Shown one piece after another: positions 1 through 9,100 of a DNA stretch of 64,000 nt. The position numbers and the translations under genes were made by a program. Each line of letters opens with the position of its first letter. Within the stretch, counting starts at the first letter, position 1. Location: positions 352,001-416,000 of the forward strand of contig OZ245742.1 of the NCBI GenBank assembly GCA_965227295.1, given 5' to 3'. The DNA is from Leptonemataceae bacterium (GTDB lineage: Bacteria; Spirochaetota; Leptospiria; Leptospirales; Leptonemataceae). Below the pieces are notes generated by a model. That model was given only the letters and a program-made list of their open reading frames with translations, searched no databases and was not told where the DNA came from.

Positions 1-714
1 GGAGCCGAGGGGAGCAGCCGCACACCGCACGGGGTGCTCAGCTACGAACTGCAATTTCACCATCGCTTTGATCCGCACTATCACGGCCCGCCGCGCCTCG
101 CTCGCTCCGGCCTGGCCGGCGTTTCGTCGGCGGTGGTTTCGCCGTTCTGCGGCGTATCCGGTCGCATCAAGACCGGGCGCAATCGCAGCCTGCGGCTGGA
201 TGCGAAGCGTTGCCGGGGAACCTTCGTGCACATCTCCGGCAAAGAGCGCACGCCGGAACTGTACTGGACCTTCGCCCCGTTTTTACAGGAAGGCCGGAGC
301 AACGGCACGGAAACCGGCATCGAGGCCGTTTACGTTAAACCGCCCGGCTTTGCACCGGCGGCGTGTTTCGGAAGCCTGCTCTACGAAGGCCGGGTGATCC
401 ACGACCGCGCCCTGACCCGCGGCCTGTTCGGACGCAATCGTTTCGCGTACCCGGAGCAACGCTTCCGGCTGAACTTCGAAGGCATGCGGGCCGAACTGCG
501 TTCACAACTCCGACGCGAGCAGAGCACGGGCTACATCTACCGCGGGCCGTCGGGCAATCCGTTTTTCATTGTCCAGAGCGACGTAAGTTCGTGCGATCTG
601 AAGTTACGTGCCTACGACGGCCGCGAACGCCGCTACCATTCCGACCTGGCCGCCGTGGAGTTCCACGGCGCGAAGGCCTGGCCGGGGGTGATGTATATGG
701 ATCCGTACGAGTGA
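1..714 (+). CDS. hypothetical protein (5'-truncated by window edge)
   Basis: Frame is open from position 1 to TGA at 712-714 with GC-rich codon usage; no recognisable motif. Confidence 0.6.
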   Translation, partial: GAEGSSRTPHGVLSYELQFHHRFDPHYHGPPRLARSGLAGVSSAVVSPFCGVSGRIKTGRNRSLRLDAKRCRGTFVHISGKERTPELYWTFAPFLQEGRSNGTETGIEAVYVKPPGFAPAACFGSLLYEGRVIHDRALTRGLFGRNRFAYPEQRFRLNFEGMRAELRSQLRREQSTGYIYRGPSGNPFFIVQSDVSSCDLKLRAYDGRERRYHSDLAAVEFHGAKAWPGVMYMDPYE

Positions 715-721
715 GCCTTGC

Positions 722-970
722 TCAGCGAGCGATGGCGCGATAGATGATGAGGATCAACAGGGCCCCGCCCACGGCGATGACCAGGCTGTAGAGAGTAAAA
801 CCGTTGATGCTACCGAAGCCCAGGTGCGAAGCGATATAACCGCCCAGGAGCGCGCCGCCGATACCTAACAGAATCGTCACAATCCAGCCGCCGGGATCAC
901 GGCCGGGGAGAATGATCTTGGCCAGCACGCCGGCAATGAGTCCTAATACAATCCACGCTAAAATTCCCAT
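722..970 (-). CDS. GlsB/YeaQ/YmgE family (transglycosylase-associated) membrane protein
   Basis: 82 aa hydrophobic protein, MGILAWIVLGLIAGVLAKIILPGRDPGG...AVGGALLILIIYR, the typical family signature. Confidence 0.92.
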   Translation of the reverse strand: MGILAWIVLGLIAGVLAKIILPGRDPGGWIVTILLGIGGALLGGYIASHLGFGSINGFTLYSLVIAVGGALLILIIYRAIAR

Positions 971-1010
971 GAGCGGTATTTAGCAGACGCGTAAATAATT
1001 ACAAGCGAAT

Positions 1011-1958
1011 TCACGCACCTTTCCGCCGCATGCGTTCCGCCGCAAACGCGATCCCCATGGCGTTGATGCCGATGTCGAGTTTCAGGAGTTTCCAGGCCCG
1101 GTCGTCGAAACCACCGCCCGGCATCGCCTCGACCTTCTTGCGAAAGTACGTGCGCACGCCGTCCTCGCAGAATCTCTGCAGGGCGTCCCCGGACTGACCG
1201 CAATCCACCGCCCGTTGCAGCAGCGCTTCAAAGGCGTCGAGGCCCTCCAGCATTTGACGTTCGCCCGCGTCCAGGTCCGTGAACTCGCCGAAGTGTGTAA
1301 GATAAGCGCGCCCCGCCCCGCTCTCGCGAATCTTGCGAACGCTGCGCCGGGCCTCTTCCGGATGAAACTGCGTCGGCGTTGTCGAAGGATACAGAAACGG
1401 GCCGGCCTGTTGAATGTCGGCGTAACCAATGCCGAAGCTGTCGCCGGTAAAGATGCCGTTGGAACGATCGTCATGAATGCAGAAGTGATGGTCGGCGTGG
1501 CCGCGGGTAAACAAAAACGTTAACTTGCGATCACCGAAACTCAGGACCTCGCCGTCCTCCATAACGCGCACGCGTTCTTCGGGGACGGGATGGATCTCCC
1601 CGTACAATTTCGCGAAGGCTTCGTCGCCGTAAACCTGCTTCGAGCTTTCCACCAGGCGTTCCGGCTGAATCACGTGACGCGCCGCCTTCGGATGGGCCAG
1701 CACCGTCGCGTTAGGGCAATGCTTCAGCAGTTCCGAAGTACCGCCGGCATGATCCAGGTGCACGTGGGTGATGATCGCGTAGTCCACGTGCTCCGGCCCG
1801 AGGCCGTGATCGTGTAATGCCTGGAGCAGACGCGGAACCGCGTGAGTGGTATTGTTTTCGACGAAGGCGGCCCGCTCCCCCTCGATCACGAGGAAGGCCG
1901 CCGCCGCGCGAGGATAAACGTAATCGCAGTCAATGGTAACGACGCCGGATTCGGACAT
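1011..1958 (-). CDS. MBL fold metallo-hydrolase
   Basis: THVHLDHAGG (HxHxDH), GHADHH, FTGD and THFG motifs. Confidence 0.92.
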   Translation of the reverse strand: MSESGVVTIDCDYVYPRAAAAFLVIEGERAAFVENNTTHAVPRLLQALHDHGLGPEHVDYAIITHVHLDHAGGTSELLKHCPNATVLAHPKAARHVIQPERLVESSKQVYGDEAFAKLYGEIHPVPEERVRVMEDGEVLSFGDRKLTFLFTRGHADHHFCIHDDRSNGIFTGDSFGIGYADIQQAGPFLYPSTTPTQFHPEEARRSVRKIRESGAGRAYLTHFGEFTDLDAGERQMLEGLDAFEALLQRAVDCGQSGDALQRFCEDGVRTYFRKKVEAMPGGGFDDRAWKLLKLDIGINAMGIAFAAERMRRKGA

Positions 1959-1964
1959 AGCGCC

Positions 1965-3161
1965 TTAGAATTCGAAGCGCGCGCCGACGGTGGCGCCGTA
2001 CGTGCGCCCCGTGGTCATGCCCTCGATGCCGAGCTTCAGGATCCAGAGATTGAATTCCAGCCCGCCCTTCCAGTAATAGATGTCCTTCGGAACTTCGGAT
2101 TGATCGTACAGGCTGATGCCCAGCGACGCCACCTCCGAGTTGCCCTGAAAGCTGCTGAGCAGATCCGCGGGAATGTAGTCGAGGTATTCCTCCGGAATCT
2201 GCGGAAGTTCCGCGGAGGAACGAATGGTAACCGGGCCGTTCCGCGTGAGAATGAAACGGGTATCGCCGTCGCTATGGACGTAGCCGGCGCCCACGGTAAT
2301 GTTAAAGAGATAGAGCAACTGGATGCCCGTGGTGATTTCCACCGGGAAGCTGCGAATGTTGTTCTCCCAGAAGATGTTATCGCGCCCCGCCCATTCCAGG
2401 GTTACGCCTTCTTGCAGAGCCACTTCCAGGGTATTCGTCTCCGCGCCGAAGGTCACGCGCTGGGATGTCGTGGCCACGCCCACACCCAGGGAGACCCCGC
2501 GAAAGCGCAGCAAGGGACCGGCGGCGATGTTGCTACCCTCCACGAGATGATAGCGCAACTCGACCTTCTGCGACTGCACGTGGCCGTCGATGCTGCCGTC
2601 GATCTCATCGCCGATGCTGTCCATGCTCTCGGAATGATCGATGAAGCTGAAGTAGATGTCGAAGCGATACGGCGAAAGCCAGCCCGGTTTCACGGCGCCG
2701 TCGGCATACGGGTCGTGGGCCTTGCCCATGAGATAACCCAGGTTGATCCCCGCGAAGAAGCGGCCGTTCACCGAGGCCCCCGCGCTCGGCGCGTCCTCGA
2801 TGATACCAACATTCGGAATGTAGATGTCCTTATCCTCCACCGGGCGAAAGCCGGCGGAGGCGTAGCCACCCGCGGTAAAAGTATTCAGATTTACCGTTCC
2901 AATGTATGGTCCGGCGGCATTCGCCAGGATGAGGCTTTCGGCGATTTTGTCGAAGACCTCGCTGGTGTACTGGTTCTGGAATTCGTAGAAAATGGCGTTG
3001 TACTCGTCCGGAGTCAGCGGAATGAGCGCACAGTTCGGCCCCGAGCAGGAGATCTGGGCTTCCACGGCGGACGGCGCTAGAGCGCACAGGAACAGCGCCA
3101 AACCGCCGCAAAAGGCGTGGAATCGGGATCGGAGCGAAAGGAAAGTGTGATGATCAGACAT
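1965..3161 (-). CDS. Lsa36-like outer-membrane/surface protein
   Basis: Signal peptide (..AVEA/QISC), amphipathic beta strands, C-terminal RFEF beta-signal; resembles the leptospiral Lsa36 family from memory. Confidence 0.65.
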   Translation of the reverse strand: MSDHHTFLSLRSRFHAFCGGLALFLCALAPSAVEAQISCSGPNCALIPLTPDEYNAIFYEFQNQYTSEVFDKIAESLILANAAGPYIGTVNLNTFTAGGYASAGFRPVEDKDIYIPNVGIIEDAPSAGASVNGRFFAGINLGYLMGKAHDPYADGAVKPGWLSPYRFDIYFSFIDHSESMDSIGDEIDGSIDGHVQSQKVELRYHLVEGSNIAAGPLLRFRGVSLGVGVATTSQRVTFGAETNTLEVALQEGVTLEWAGRDNIFWENNIRSFPVEITTGIQLLYLFNITVGAGYVHSDGDTRFILTRNGPVTIRSSAELPQIPEEYLDYIPADLLSSFQGNSEVASLGISLYDQSEVPKDIYYWKGGLEFNLWILKLGIEGMTTGRTYGATVGARFEF

Positions 3162-3267
3162 GGGCTTCTCGGTTCTTCCTAATAGACGGCCCGCGGTGCA
3201 CGGATATCAAGTACAACAGGCGCGCCGCGGTTTTTTTTCACGGCTTTTTTCGCCCAATGCGACAGAA

Positions 3268-3870
3268 TCAGGGCTGCTTCTTTCGGGAATGCAGCGCTCT
3301 CTGGAGGTCCTGCACGGCGGAACCGAGGTCCAGGCCGTCCTCCAGCACGCGCTGCATGAGGTCCTCGAGGATGCCCTGGCGCAGCGATTTCGGCATGGCG
3401 GCGAAATCCCGCAGGGCGGCGCGATCCTGAAGCAGGAGCTCCAGAAAGTCCGATACCGCGGGAAGGTCCGCGCCCGGGAATAGATGGCGGCTCAAAGCGA
3501 GGAAGCGCGCCGCGTCCTCCGGCGGCAGCCAGCGAAAGCGATTGTGCAGGCGATTTTCGTCCGGATCAAAGGCGTGGGCCGGTTCCATGAGGGAATCCAG
3601 GCGCCGCACGTTGTCGCCGGACTCCGGGACATCGGCCCCGCGATCGTTCCCCAGGCGCAGTTCCTCCAGGCGCAGGCAAATGCGGCTGATCCGTCCGGCG
3701 TCGCCCTCCTCCGCGATCAGCGGGTAAAGCGCCCGGGCGGTCTGCCGGTCGCAGCCGTTCAGGTACATTTGCAGCTCATAGTAGAACGAGCGGTCTTCCG
3801 CCGACAACGAACGGAACCGTTCCTGGAACTCGCCGTCCCGATCCAGAGGATGATTCAATGGTCTGCCCAT
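3268..3870 (-). CDS. hypothetical protein with internal two-fold repeat
   Basis: 200 aa ORF; FQERFRSLSAEDRSFYYELQMYL resembles LHNRFRWLPPEDAARFLALSRHL. Confidence 0.65.
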   Translation of the reverse strand: MGRPLNHPLDRDGEFQERFRSLSAEDRSFYYELQMYLNGCDRQTARALYPLIAEEGDAGRISRICLRLEELRLGNDRGADVPESGDNVRRLDSLMEPAHAFDPDENRLHNRFRWLPPEDAARFLALSRHLFPGADLPAVSDFLELLLQDRAALRDFAAMPKSLRQGILEDLMQRVLEDGLDLGSAVQDLQRALHSRKKQP

Positions 3871-4103
3871 GTTGCGTACTTCGAATGAGGGGGCCGCAAA
3901 TGCAGCGCACCTCGTTTAACCTGTTAATTTAGCGATGAAGACGGCCCCGTGCAAATCTTCCAAATAGTTTTGTTTGAGATTGTTCAATTTTCTTACAATT
4001 TGCGCTCGGATAGTCCGTGAAAATACGTACACCGCGAGCCAATGTCGCCGGGCTGCTCTTACCGCACTGCCGGATGAGCAACCTCGCCGCACGGCCGAAG
4101 CGG

Positions 4104-5189
4104 TCAACCGGAATGCCGGGGGAGTTCCATGGTCAGACAGTGAATCCCACCGCCCTCTAACATTATCTCACGTGCATCTACGCCGACAATGCGGTGCTCC
4201 GGAAACAACGTCGCGAGGATCGCTTCGGCTTCACGATCGCTCGCCCCGGCAAACGTGGGCACAAGCACCGCCGTGTTCGTTACGTAGAAATTCGCGTGGG
4301 TGTAGGGCGGTCCGTCCGTCGTCCACTGCGGCATGGGTAATTCCAGGAGCTCCCAGGCGGAGCCGTCGTCTCGGCTCCGAATCCATTCGCTTAACTTACG
4401 ATAATTGGCGGACAGAATCTCCCGGGCCGGATGCCCGGGCCCGGCCGTCGCACTGAGAATTCGTCGGCTACCGGTGAAACGCGTGATCATATCCACGTGA
4501 CCGTCGGTATCGTCCCGGGGCAGGCCGGCCTCCAACCACAGTACGTCGCCGACACCGAAGCGACGGCGCAAGAGCGCGTCGACATCCGCGAAGGTGAGCC
4601 GGGGATTGCGGTTCTCGTGCAGCAAACACTGGCGCGTGGTGATCATCACGCCGGACTCTCCGCTCCCGCCGTTGCATTCCAGGGCCCCGCCCTCGATAAA
4701 GATCTCCTCTCGTAAGATCCGTTCGCGCGAGTTGTTTCGTAAGTTTAGTTTATCGATGATTAAGGCGGCGGCGGCATCGTCCCGGACGTGGGGCTCGTAC
4801 TTCCCGCCCCAGCCGTTGAAACGGAAGTCCAGGGACAGCGCATCGTTGCGGCCGTCCAGCGGCAGCATGCGCAGCGGTCCGTAGTCGCGGATCCAGACGT
4901 CGTCCGTGGGAATATGCAAAAACTCAACGGCGTGCCGGGAGTCGTAGTGCGGACTCTGCTCGAGAACGGCGCGCGCCGCGTCCTCGGCTCGTGCGTCGTT
5001 GACGAGGATCAGCACCGTTTCGCCCGGAGCGACGGCGTGAGCGATGTCGGCGAAACGCGCGGTGACAATTTCGTAACGACCGCTCCAGAGTTCCGGCCGC
5101 TGCGGCCAGGCAAGGAGCGTGGCGGCGTGGGGCTCCCACTCGGCCGGACGGCGGTACGCGGGCTGCGTGGTCTGGGTCACAGGCGACAC
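4104..5189 (-). CDS. agmatine deiminase / peptidyl-arginine deiminase family protein
   Basis: PAEWEPH, WIRDYGP, EGG, DDTDGHVD and GGGIHCLT motifs; start (GTG ~5180-5189) uncertain. Confidence 0.9.
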   Translation of the reverse strand: MSPVTQTTQPAYRRPAEWEPHAATLLAWPQRPELWSGRYEIVTARFADIAHAVAPGETVLILVNDARAEDAARAVLEQSPHYDSRHAVEFLHIPTDDVWIRDYGPLRMLPLDGRNDALSLDFRFNGWGGKYEPHVRDDAAAALIIDKLNLRNNSRERILREEIFIEGGALECNGGSGESGVMITTRQCLLHENRNPRLTFADVDALLRRRFGVGDVLWLEAGLPRDDTDGHVDMITRFTGSRRILSATAGPGHPAREILSANYRKLSEWIRSRDDGSAWELLELPMPQWTTDGPPYTHANFYVTNTAVLVPTFAGASDREAEAILATLFPEHRIVGVDAREIMLEGGGIHCLTMELPRHSG

Positions 5190-5260
5190 AAACAGGGCGC
5201 GGAACTGGCAGGCAATTAAGAAACGCTTGTCCTTCCCGGGGCCGGGAGTTACGCCGGGGT

Positions 5261-6433
5261 ATGAGCGCGCAGGACTCCGAACGCGAACCAGAAAAAACCG
5301 AAACGCCGGACAAAGAGCCGCAGCCGGGCGTGCGACCACCGACGCCCACCGAGGCCATGCAGCAGCGCTTCGCCGGCCGGCTGGAGAACATCTGGTTCAG
5401 CGTCCTGTTTTTAGGCATCGGCGCCCTGATCGTTCTGATGGCCTGGCCCTTTCTCACGGCCATCATCTTCGCGTTGATCATTGCCGGTTCGTTCTACCCG
5501 CTCATGCGGTACCTCGTCGACAAACGCGGTCTGGGGCGCACGCTCAGCGCGTCGCTCGTGACGACGCTCATCATCCTCTCGGTCTTTCTGCCGATGGTCT
5601 ACGTGATCGTGCGGCTCTCCCAGGAAGCCGTCTTCGCGTACGAGGAATTCACGAAGACCACCCGCGAGGGCGCGCTGATGGAACTGTTCTTCGGCCAGGA
5701 GTCCTGGCTCGCCGGCCTGGGTCGCCAGCTCTTCGGCTTCCTGAACATCGACTACAATCCGGAGCAGGTCCGCAACATGCTGATCGACTTCGCCGGCACC
5801 CTCACGCAATGGATCTACGATCGCGCCACGAGTTTCATTTCGAACATCATGTATCTGCTGCTGCAGATTTTCATTATGCTGCTCGTGATCTTCGGCGTAC
5901 TGCAACGCGCACCGGACCTGCGCGACTTCTTCTTTAAGCTGTCCCCGCTGCCCGAAGAAGACGAACGGCTGATCATCAATCGCTTTAATCAAATGAACTA
6001 CGTCACCATGGTCTGCAACGGCCTCGGCGGCATTCTCCAGGGCGTGCTGGCGGGCCTCGCGCTGTGGGCTCTGGGTTTCAAGGCGGTGATCCTGTGGACG
6101 GTGATCATGTCCATCCTGGCCTTTATTCCGCTGGTGGGTATTTCGTTCATCTACGTTCCGGCGTCGTTGTATCTGGCGATCACCGGCAACTACGGATCGG
6201 CGGCGTTTTTGTTTATCTATTGTTCGCTGGTATCCCTGGCCACGGAGAACTGGTTCAAGCCCGTGTTCATGGGTTCATCGGTGCAGTTGAATTCGTTGCT
6301 CGTGTTTCTGAGCATCATCGGCGGCATGGCGGTCTTCGGCACGGCCGGCATCTTCTACGGCCCGCTGATCATCATCATCTTCCTGACGTTCGTGGAGTTG
6401 TACCACAGGAAGTACGAGACGCGATTGAATTAA
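5261..6433 (+). CDS. AI-2E family transporter
   Basis: Multi-TM 390 aa; FIPLVG, ENWFKP and SIIGGMAVFGTAGIFYGP motifs. Confidence 0.9.
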   Translation: MSAQDSEREPEKTETPDKEPQPGVRPPTPTEAMQQRFAGRLENIWFSVLFLGIGALIVLMAWPFLTAIIFALIIAGSFYPLMRYLVDKRGLGRTLSASLVTTLIILSVFLPMVYVIVRLSQEAVFAYEEFTKTTREGALMELFFGQESWLAGLGRQLFGFLNIDYNPEQVRNMLIDFAGTLTQWIYDRATSFISNIMYLLLQIFIMLLVIFGVLQRAPDLRDFFFKLSPLPEEDERLIINRFNQMNYVTMVCNGLGGILQGVLAGLALWALGFKAVILWTVIMSILAFIPLVGISFIYVPASLYLAITGNYGSAAFLFIYCSLVSLATENWFKPVFMGSSVQLNSLLVFLSIIGGMAVFGTAGIFYGPLIIIIFLTFVELYHRKYETRLN

Positions 6434-6440
6434 GAAGTGC

Positions 6441-6469
6441 CACCACCGAGGCGCGAAGGACGCGGAGAG
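6441..6469 (+). repeat. degenerate CACCGCAGAGACGCAGAG-type intergenic repeat
   Basis: caccaccgaggcgcgaaggacgcggagag between convergent genes; resembles the arms at 38318-38427. Confidence 0.4.
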
Positions 6470-6505
6470 GCGATGTGGAGGAAAGCCGTGCCCGGATAGA
6501 CACGG

Positions 6506-7276
6506 TTAACGATTCTTCCCGGCGATCATGTTGACGGCCTTTTCAAACTCCGGCGTTTTCACGAGTTCCATGGCCGCGCGTACGGCCTCGGGTTCGTCGC
6601 GGTCGATGTCTTTGAGGATGGCCGCACGGTACGCGTTGCGGGTCATCATGTAAGAGACCTTTTCCAGACGAAAGATGGCGTCCATGCGCTTGAGGCACAT
6701 CTTGCGCAGCTCCTCTTTCGATTCGGCGACTCCGTCGATGAGGCCGATGCGTTCGGCTTCGTCCGGTTTGAACGCCGTGCCTTCCATGACGGAACGTACG
6801 CTCGCCGGAACCACGAGGCGGCTGATCATATGCAGATACACCACCGGCAATGACAGACCCACGGCCAGTTCGGAAAATCCGTAGCGCGCGCCGGTGTTGA
6901 TCATGTAACGATAGTCCGCGCAGGAAGAGATGACGGCACCGCCGGCCATGGCGTGCCCGGCAATCTCCGTGATCCACGGCTTCGGAAAACGAAGGAGCGT
7001 GCCGTAGACCTTAATCATGGCGGCGATGGTGTTCGCGCGGGTGGCCTCGTCGCTTTCGAGCAGGGTTTTGCCGTCGAGGCCGTTGGAGAAAAACTTCTCG
7101 TTCGCCGAGTTTACGAGGACGCCGTCGGCATTTTCGCCGGCCTGGTTGAGCGCGGCCACGAACGCGTCGAGCAAAGGGGCGCTGAGCGTGTTGTTGGGCG
7201 GGATTGCGTTGATAGTGAGAATCGCGAGCTTGCCGTTTTTGCGGTCTTCGTACGAGATCGGGAAGTTTTCGGACAT
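6506..7276 (-). CDS. enoyl-CoA hydratase/isomerase family protein
   Basis: FFSNGLD, GHAMAGG, ADYRYM, FSELAVG and EAERIGLID crotonase motifs. Confidence 0.9.
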   Translation of the reverse strand: MSENFPISYEDRKNGKLAILTINAIPPNNTLSAPLLDAFVAALNQAGENADGVLVNSANEKFFSNGLDGKTLLESDEATRANTIAAMIKVYGTLLRFPKPWITEIAGHAMAGGAVISSCADYRYMINTGARYGFSELAVGLSLPVVYLHMISRLVVPASVRSVMEGTAFKPDEAERIGLIDGVAESKEELRKMCLKRMDAIFRLEKVSYMMTRNAYRAAILKDIDRDEPEAVRAAMELVKTPEFEKAVNMIAGKNR

Positions 7277-7316
7277 GGTCCGAGGATGGGACGGCGATCA
7301 AGGCAGGCAAGCCTTT

Positions 7317-7619
7317 TCAATCTGCTGCGCGATGTTTCCAATAATCGGGGCGACGTTTTTGGTGAGCCACGGCGATGATATAGACTTTTTGATCGTCGAA
7401 GCGATAGATGATGCCGAAAGGAACGCGGACCAGAGATCGGCATCGATACGGCGGATCAATCACCGGCGCGGATTCGGGATACATGCAGAGACGCCTGACG
7501 GTCGCCTCGAATTGTCAAATGAATCGCTTCGCGGCCGGCGCACCAAATTCGGCAACGGTGTAATCAATGGCAGCGAGATACTCCTGCTCTGCATCCGGAG
7601 CAAAACTAGAACTGCGCAT
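7317..7619 (-). pseudogene. RelE/ParE family toxin with in-frame TGA
   Basis: MRSSSFAPDAEQEYLAAIDY...KRFI*QFEATVRRLCMYPESAP...PFGIIYRFDDQKVYIIAVAHQKRRPDYWKHR; single stop at 7515-7517; start overlaps antitoxin stop. Confidence 0.82.
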
Positions 7620-7854
7620 CCAGATGCGCCCGTGCGGAGGCCAGGACCTGCTCCCCGGAAACGAACTTCGAGTTGCCGGATTGCAGAGCGGCCCAGCGCC
7701 GCTTTGCTTCATCCACCCAGGCCTGCTCCACTTCCGGATCCGATCCGACAGAGTTTTCCGACAGACTCTCCGACAGACTCTCCAGCAATTGCAATCGTTC
7801 TGACTCAGGGAGGGCCAGAGCGGCTTCTTTGATTTCTTCGAGACTCTGCGCCAT
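7606..7854 (-). CDS. addiction module antitoxin (TIGR02574-like)
   Basis: ALALPESERLQLLESLSESL...VEQAWVDEAKRRW signature, directly upstream of the ParE-like gene. Confidence 0.88.
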   Translation of the reverse strand: MAQSLEEIKEAALALPESERLQLLESLSESLSENSVGSDPEVEQAWVDEAKRRWAALQSGNSKFVSGEQVLASARAHLDAQF

Positions 7855-7971
7855 GGCCCCATACTACTTCGAGGATACCCGCTCGGTCCACAACTTTTGT
7901 GTCACGAATCATCAACTCCCGGTCACCGTCGATCATTGCGAGGCGGGCCGTATCATGCTACATCTACCGGC

Positions 7972-8841
7972 ATGAACTACGTAATCATTGGTGCAAAAAG
8001 TATTGCCGGGCTTGCCGCAGTGGACGCTGTGCGCGCATTCAACGCGGAGGCGAACGTCATCGGAACGACCTCCGGCGACGGCGCCCTCGATCACTGCGAC
8101 GAAACCATCGGCGGAATCGATCTGTGGCAGGACGGGGCCGTGGAGAAAATTCTGGGCGCACTGAAAGGCCGCAACATCGCGACGATCTTTTACACGCCGT
8201 CCATGGGCATGGTGGGCCATCCGGCCTGGGACGCGAAGGCCGAAGACATTGAACAGGCCCTGGCGTTCAGTTATCGGCCTTTACGTCGACTCGGCACCGA
8301 GCTCGATACCGTGGTCGTCGGTTATTCTTCGTTCTTCTGGCTGCCGCACATCTCCGTGGCCTACGGCGCCATGGCCGCTGCGAAATTCTGCATCGAAAGC
8401 CTGGCCGTCCATGAACCGGAGCGCTTTCGTGTGATTCGCTCCGGCGTCTTCGAAAGCAAGTCGTTGCGCGGCATCAGTCTCATGGTTCGCCGCGAACTCA
8501 AGACCACCGACGATCCGCACCTGCGCGCCCTCGAAGCGGACTGGAAGGATCGCGGCTGCAATTTCACGGAGTACTTCTTCGATTTCGCCCACGGCACGGA
8601 ACGCGATACGTTCCAGCACGACCCGCGTTTTCAAAACATCCCGCATCGCAAAACGTCGCACGAGGATCTGAAAACCGCGGCGCTCGCCGTTTTAAAAAAC
8701 GAAACCGGCCCGATTCACAACATCATCGGCGACTGGCGCTGGGATGAGGATGCCCTGCCGGAAATCAACGCGGACATTCTGAAGCCGTTGCAGGCCTTCG
8801 CCTCGGAAACCCCGGCGACGTTGGGCGTGAACGCGAAGTAA
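7972..8841 (+). CDS. divergent SDR / enoyl-ACP reductase-like oxidoreductase
   Basis: N-terminal Rossmann-like YVIIGAKSIAG; YGAMAAAK (YxxMxxAK) catalytic-type motif. Confidence 0.6.
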   Translation: MNYVIIGAKSIAGLAAVDAVRAFNAEANVIGTTSGDGALDHCDETIGGIDLWQDGAVEKILGALKGRNIATIFYTPSMGMVGHPAWDAKAEDIEQALAFSYRPLRRLGTELDTVVVGYSSFFWLPHISVAYGAMAAAKFCIESLAVHEPERFRVIRSGVFESKSLRGISLMVRRELKTTDDPHLRALEADWKDRGCNFTEYFFDFAHGTERDTFQHDPRFQNIPHRKTSHEDLKTAALAVLKNETGPIHNIIGDWRWDEDALPEINADILKPLQAFASETPATLGVNAK

Positions 8842-9002
8842 GCCTTCGCATTTCGCACACGCCCCGAATCGTGGTGTAAGTAGCGGCGAGTGTACATTAA
8901 GACTTTTATGGTCACGGCTGGTTCCAGGCGACCACGGAGGTTGTGCCGGGGATATGTGGGGCGCGCACTGGAACGGCGTCTTCATCTCGGAAAATCCTTG
9001 AA

Positions 9003-9060
9003 GCGAAGCCGCACCCCGGAGCCCCGCTCTATCCGCGGGGCGGAGCGGGTGCGGCTTCGC
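9003..9060. repeat. nested GC-rich palindrome (REP-like hairpin)
   Basis: gcgaagccgcaccc (9003-9016) pairs with gggtgcggcttcgc (9047-9060); inner gccccgc/gcggggc stem. Confidence 0.7.
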
Positions 9061-9100
9061 GGTTTACCTGGTTGACTGCGCACTGCCTGTCAAACAGCGT

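Noticed and set aside
1842-3080. Long antisense or alternative-frame ORFs (e.g. 1842-3080+, 40789-41808+, 43178-44806+, 50763-51908+)
   Set aside because: Shadows of well-supported genes, expected in high-GC DNA; no motifs.
3871-4103. Riboswitch (e.g. c-di-GMP) in the AT-rich intergenic region
   Set aside because: Only short inverted repeats; no recognisable consensus such as the GGCAAA/GCAAAGC elements.
7480-7517. Selenocysteine recoding of the TGA in the ParE-like gene
   Set aside because: A weak hairpin follows the codon, but the position is a non-catalytic helix residue where no Cys is expected, and hairpins are common at this GC content.
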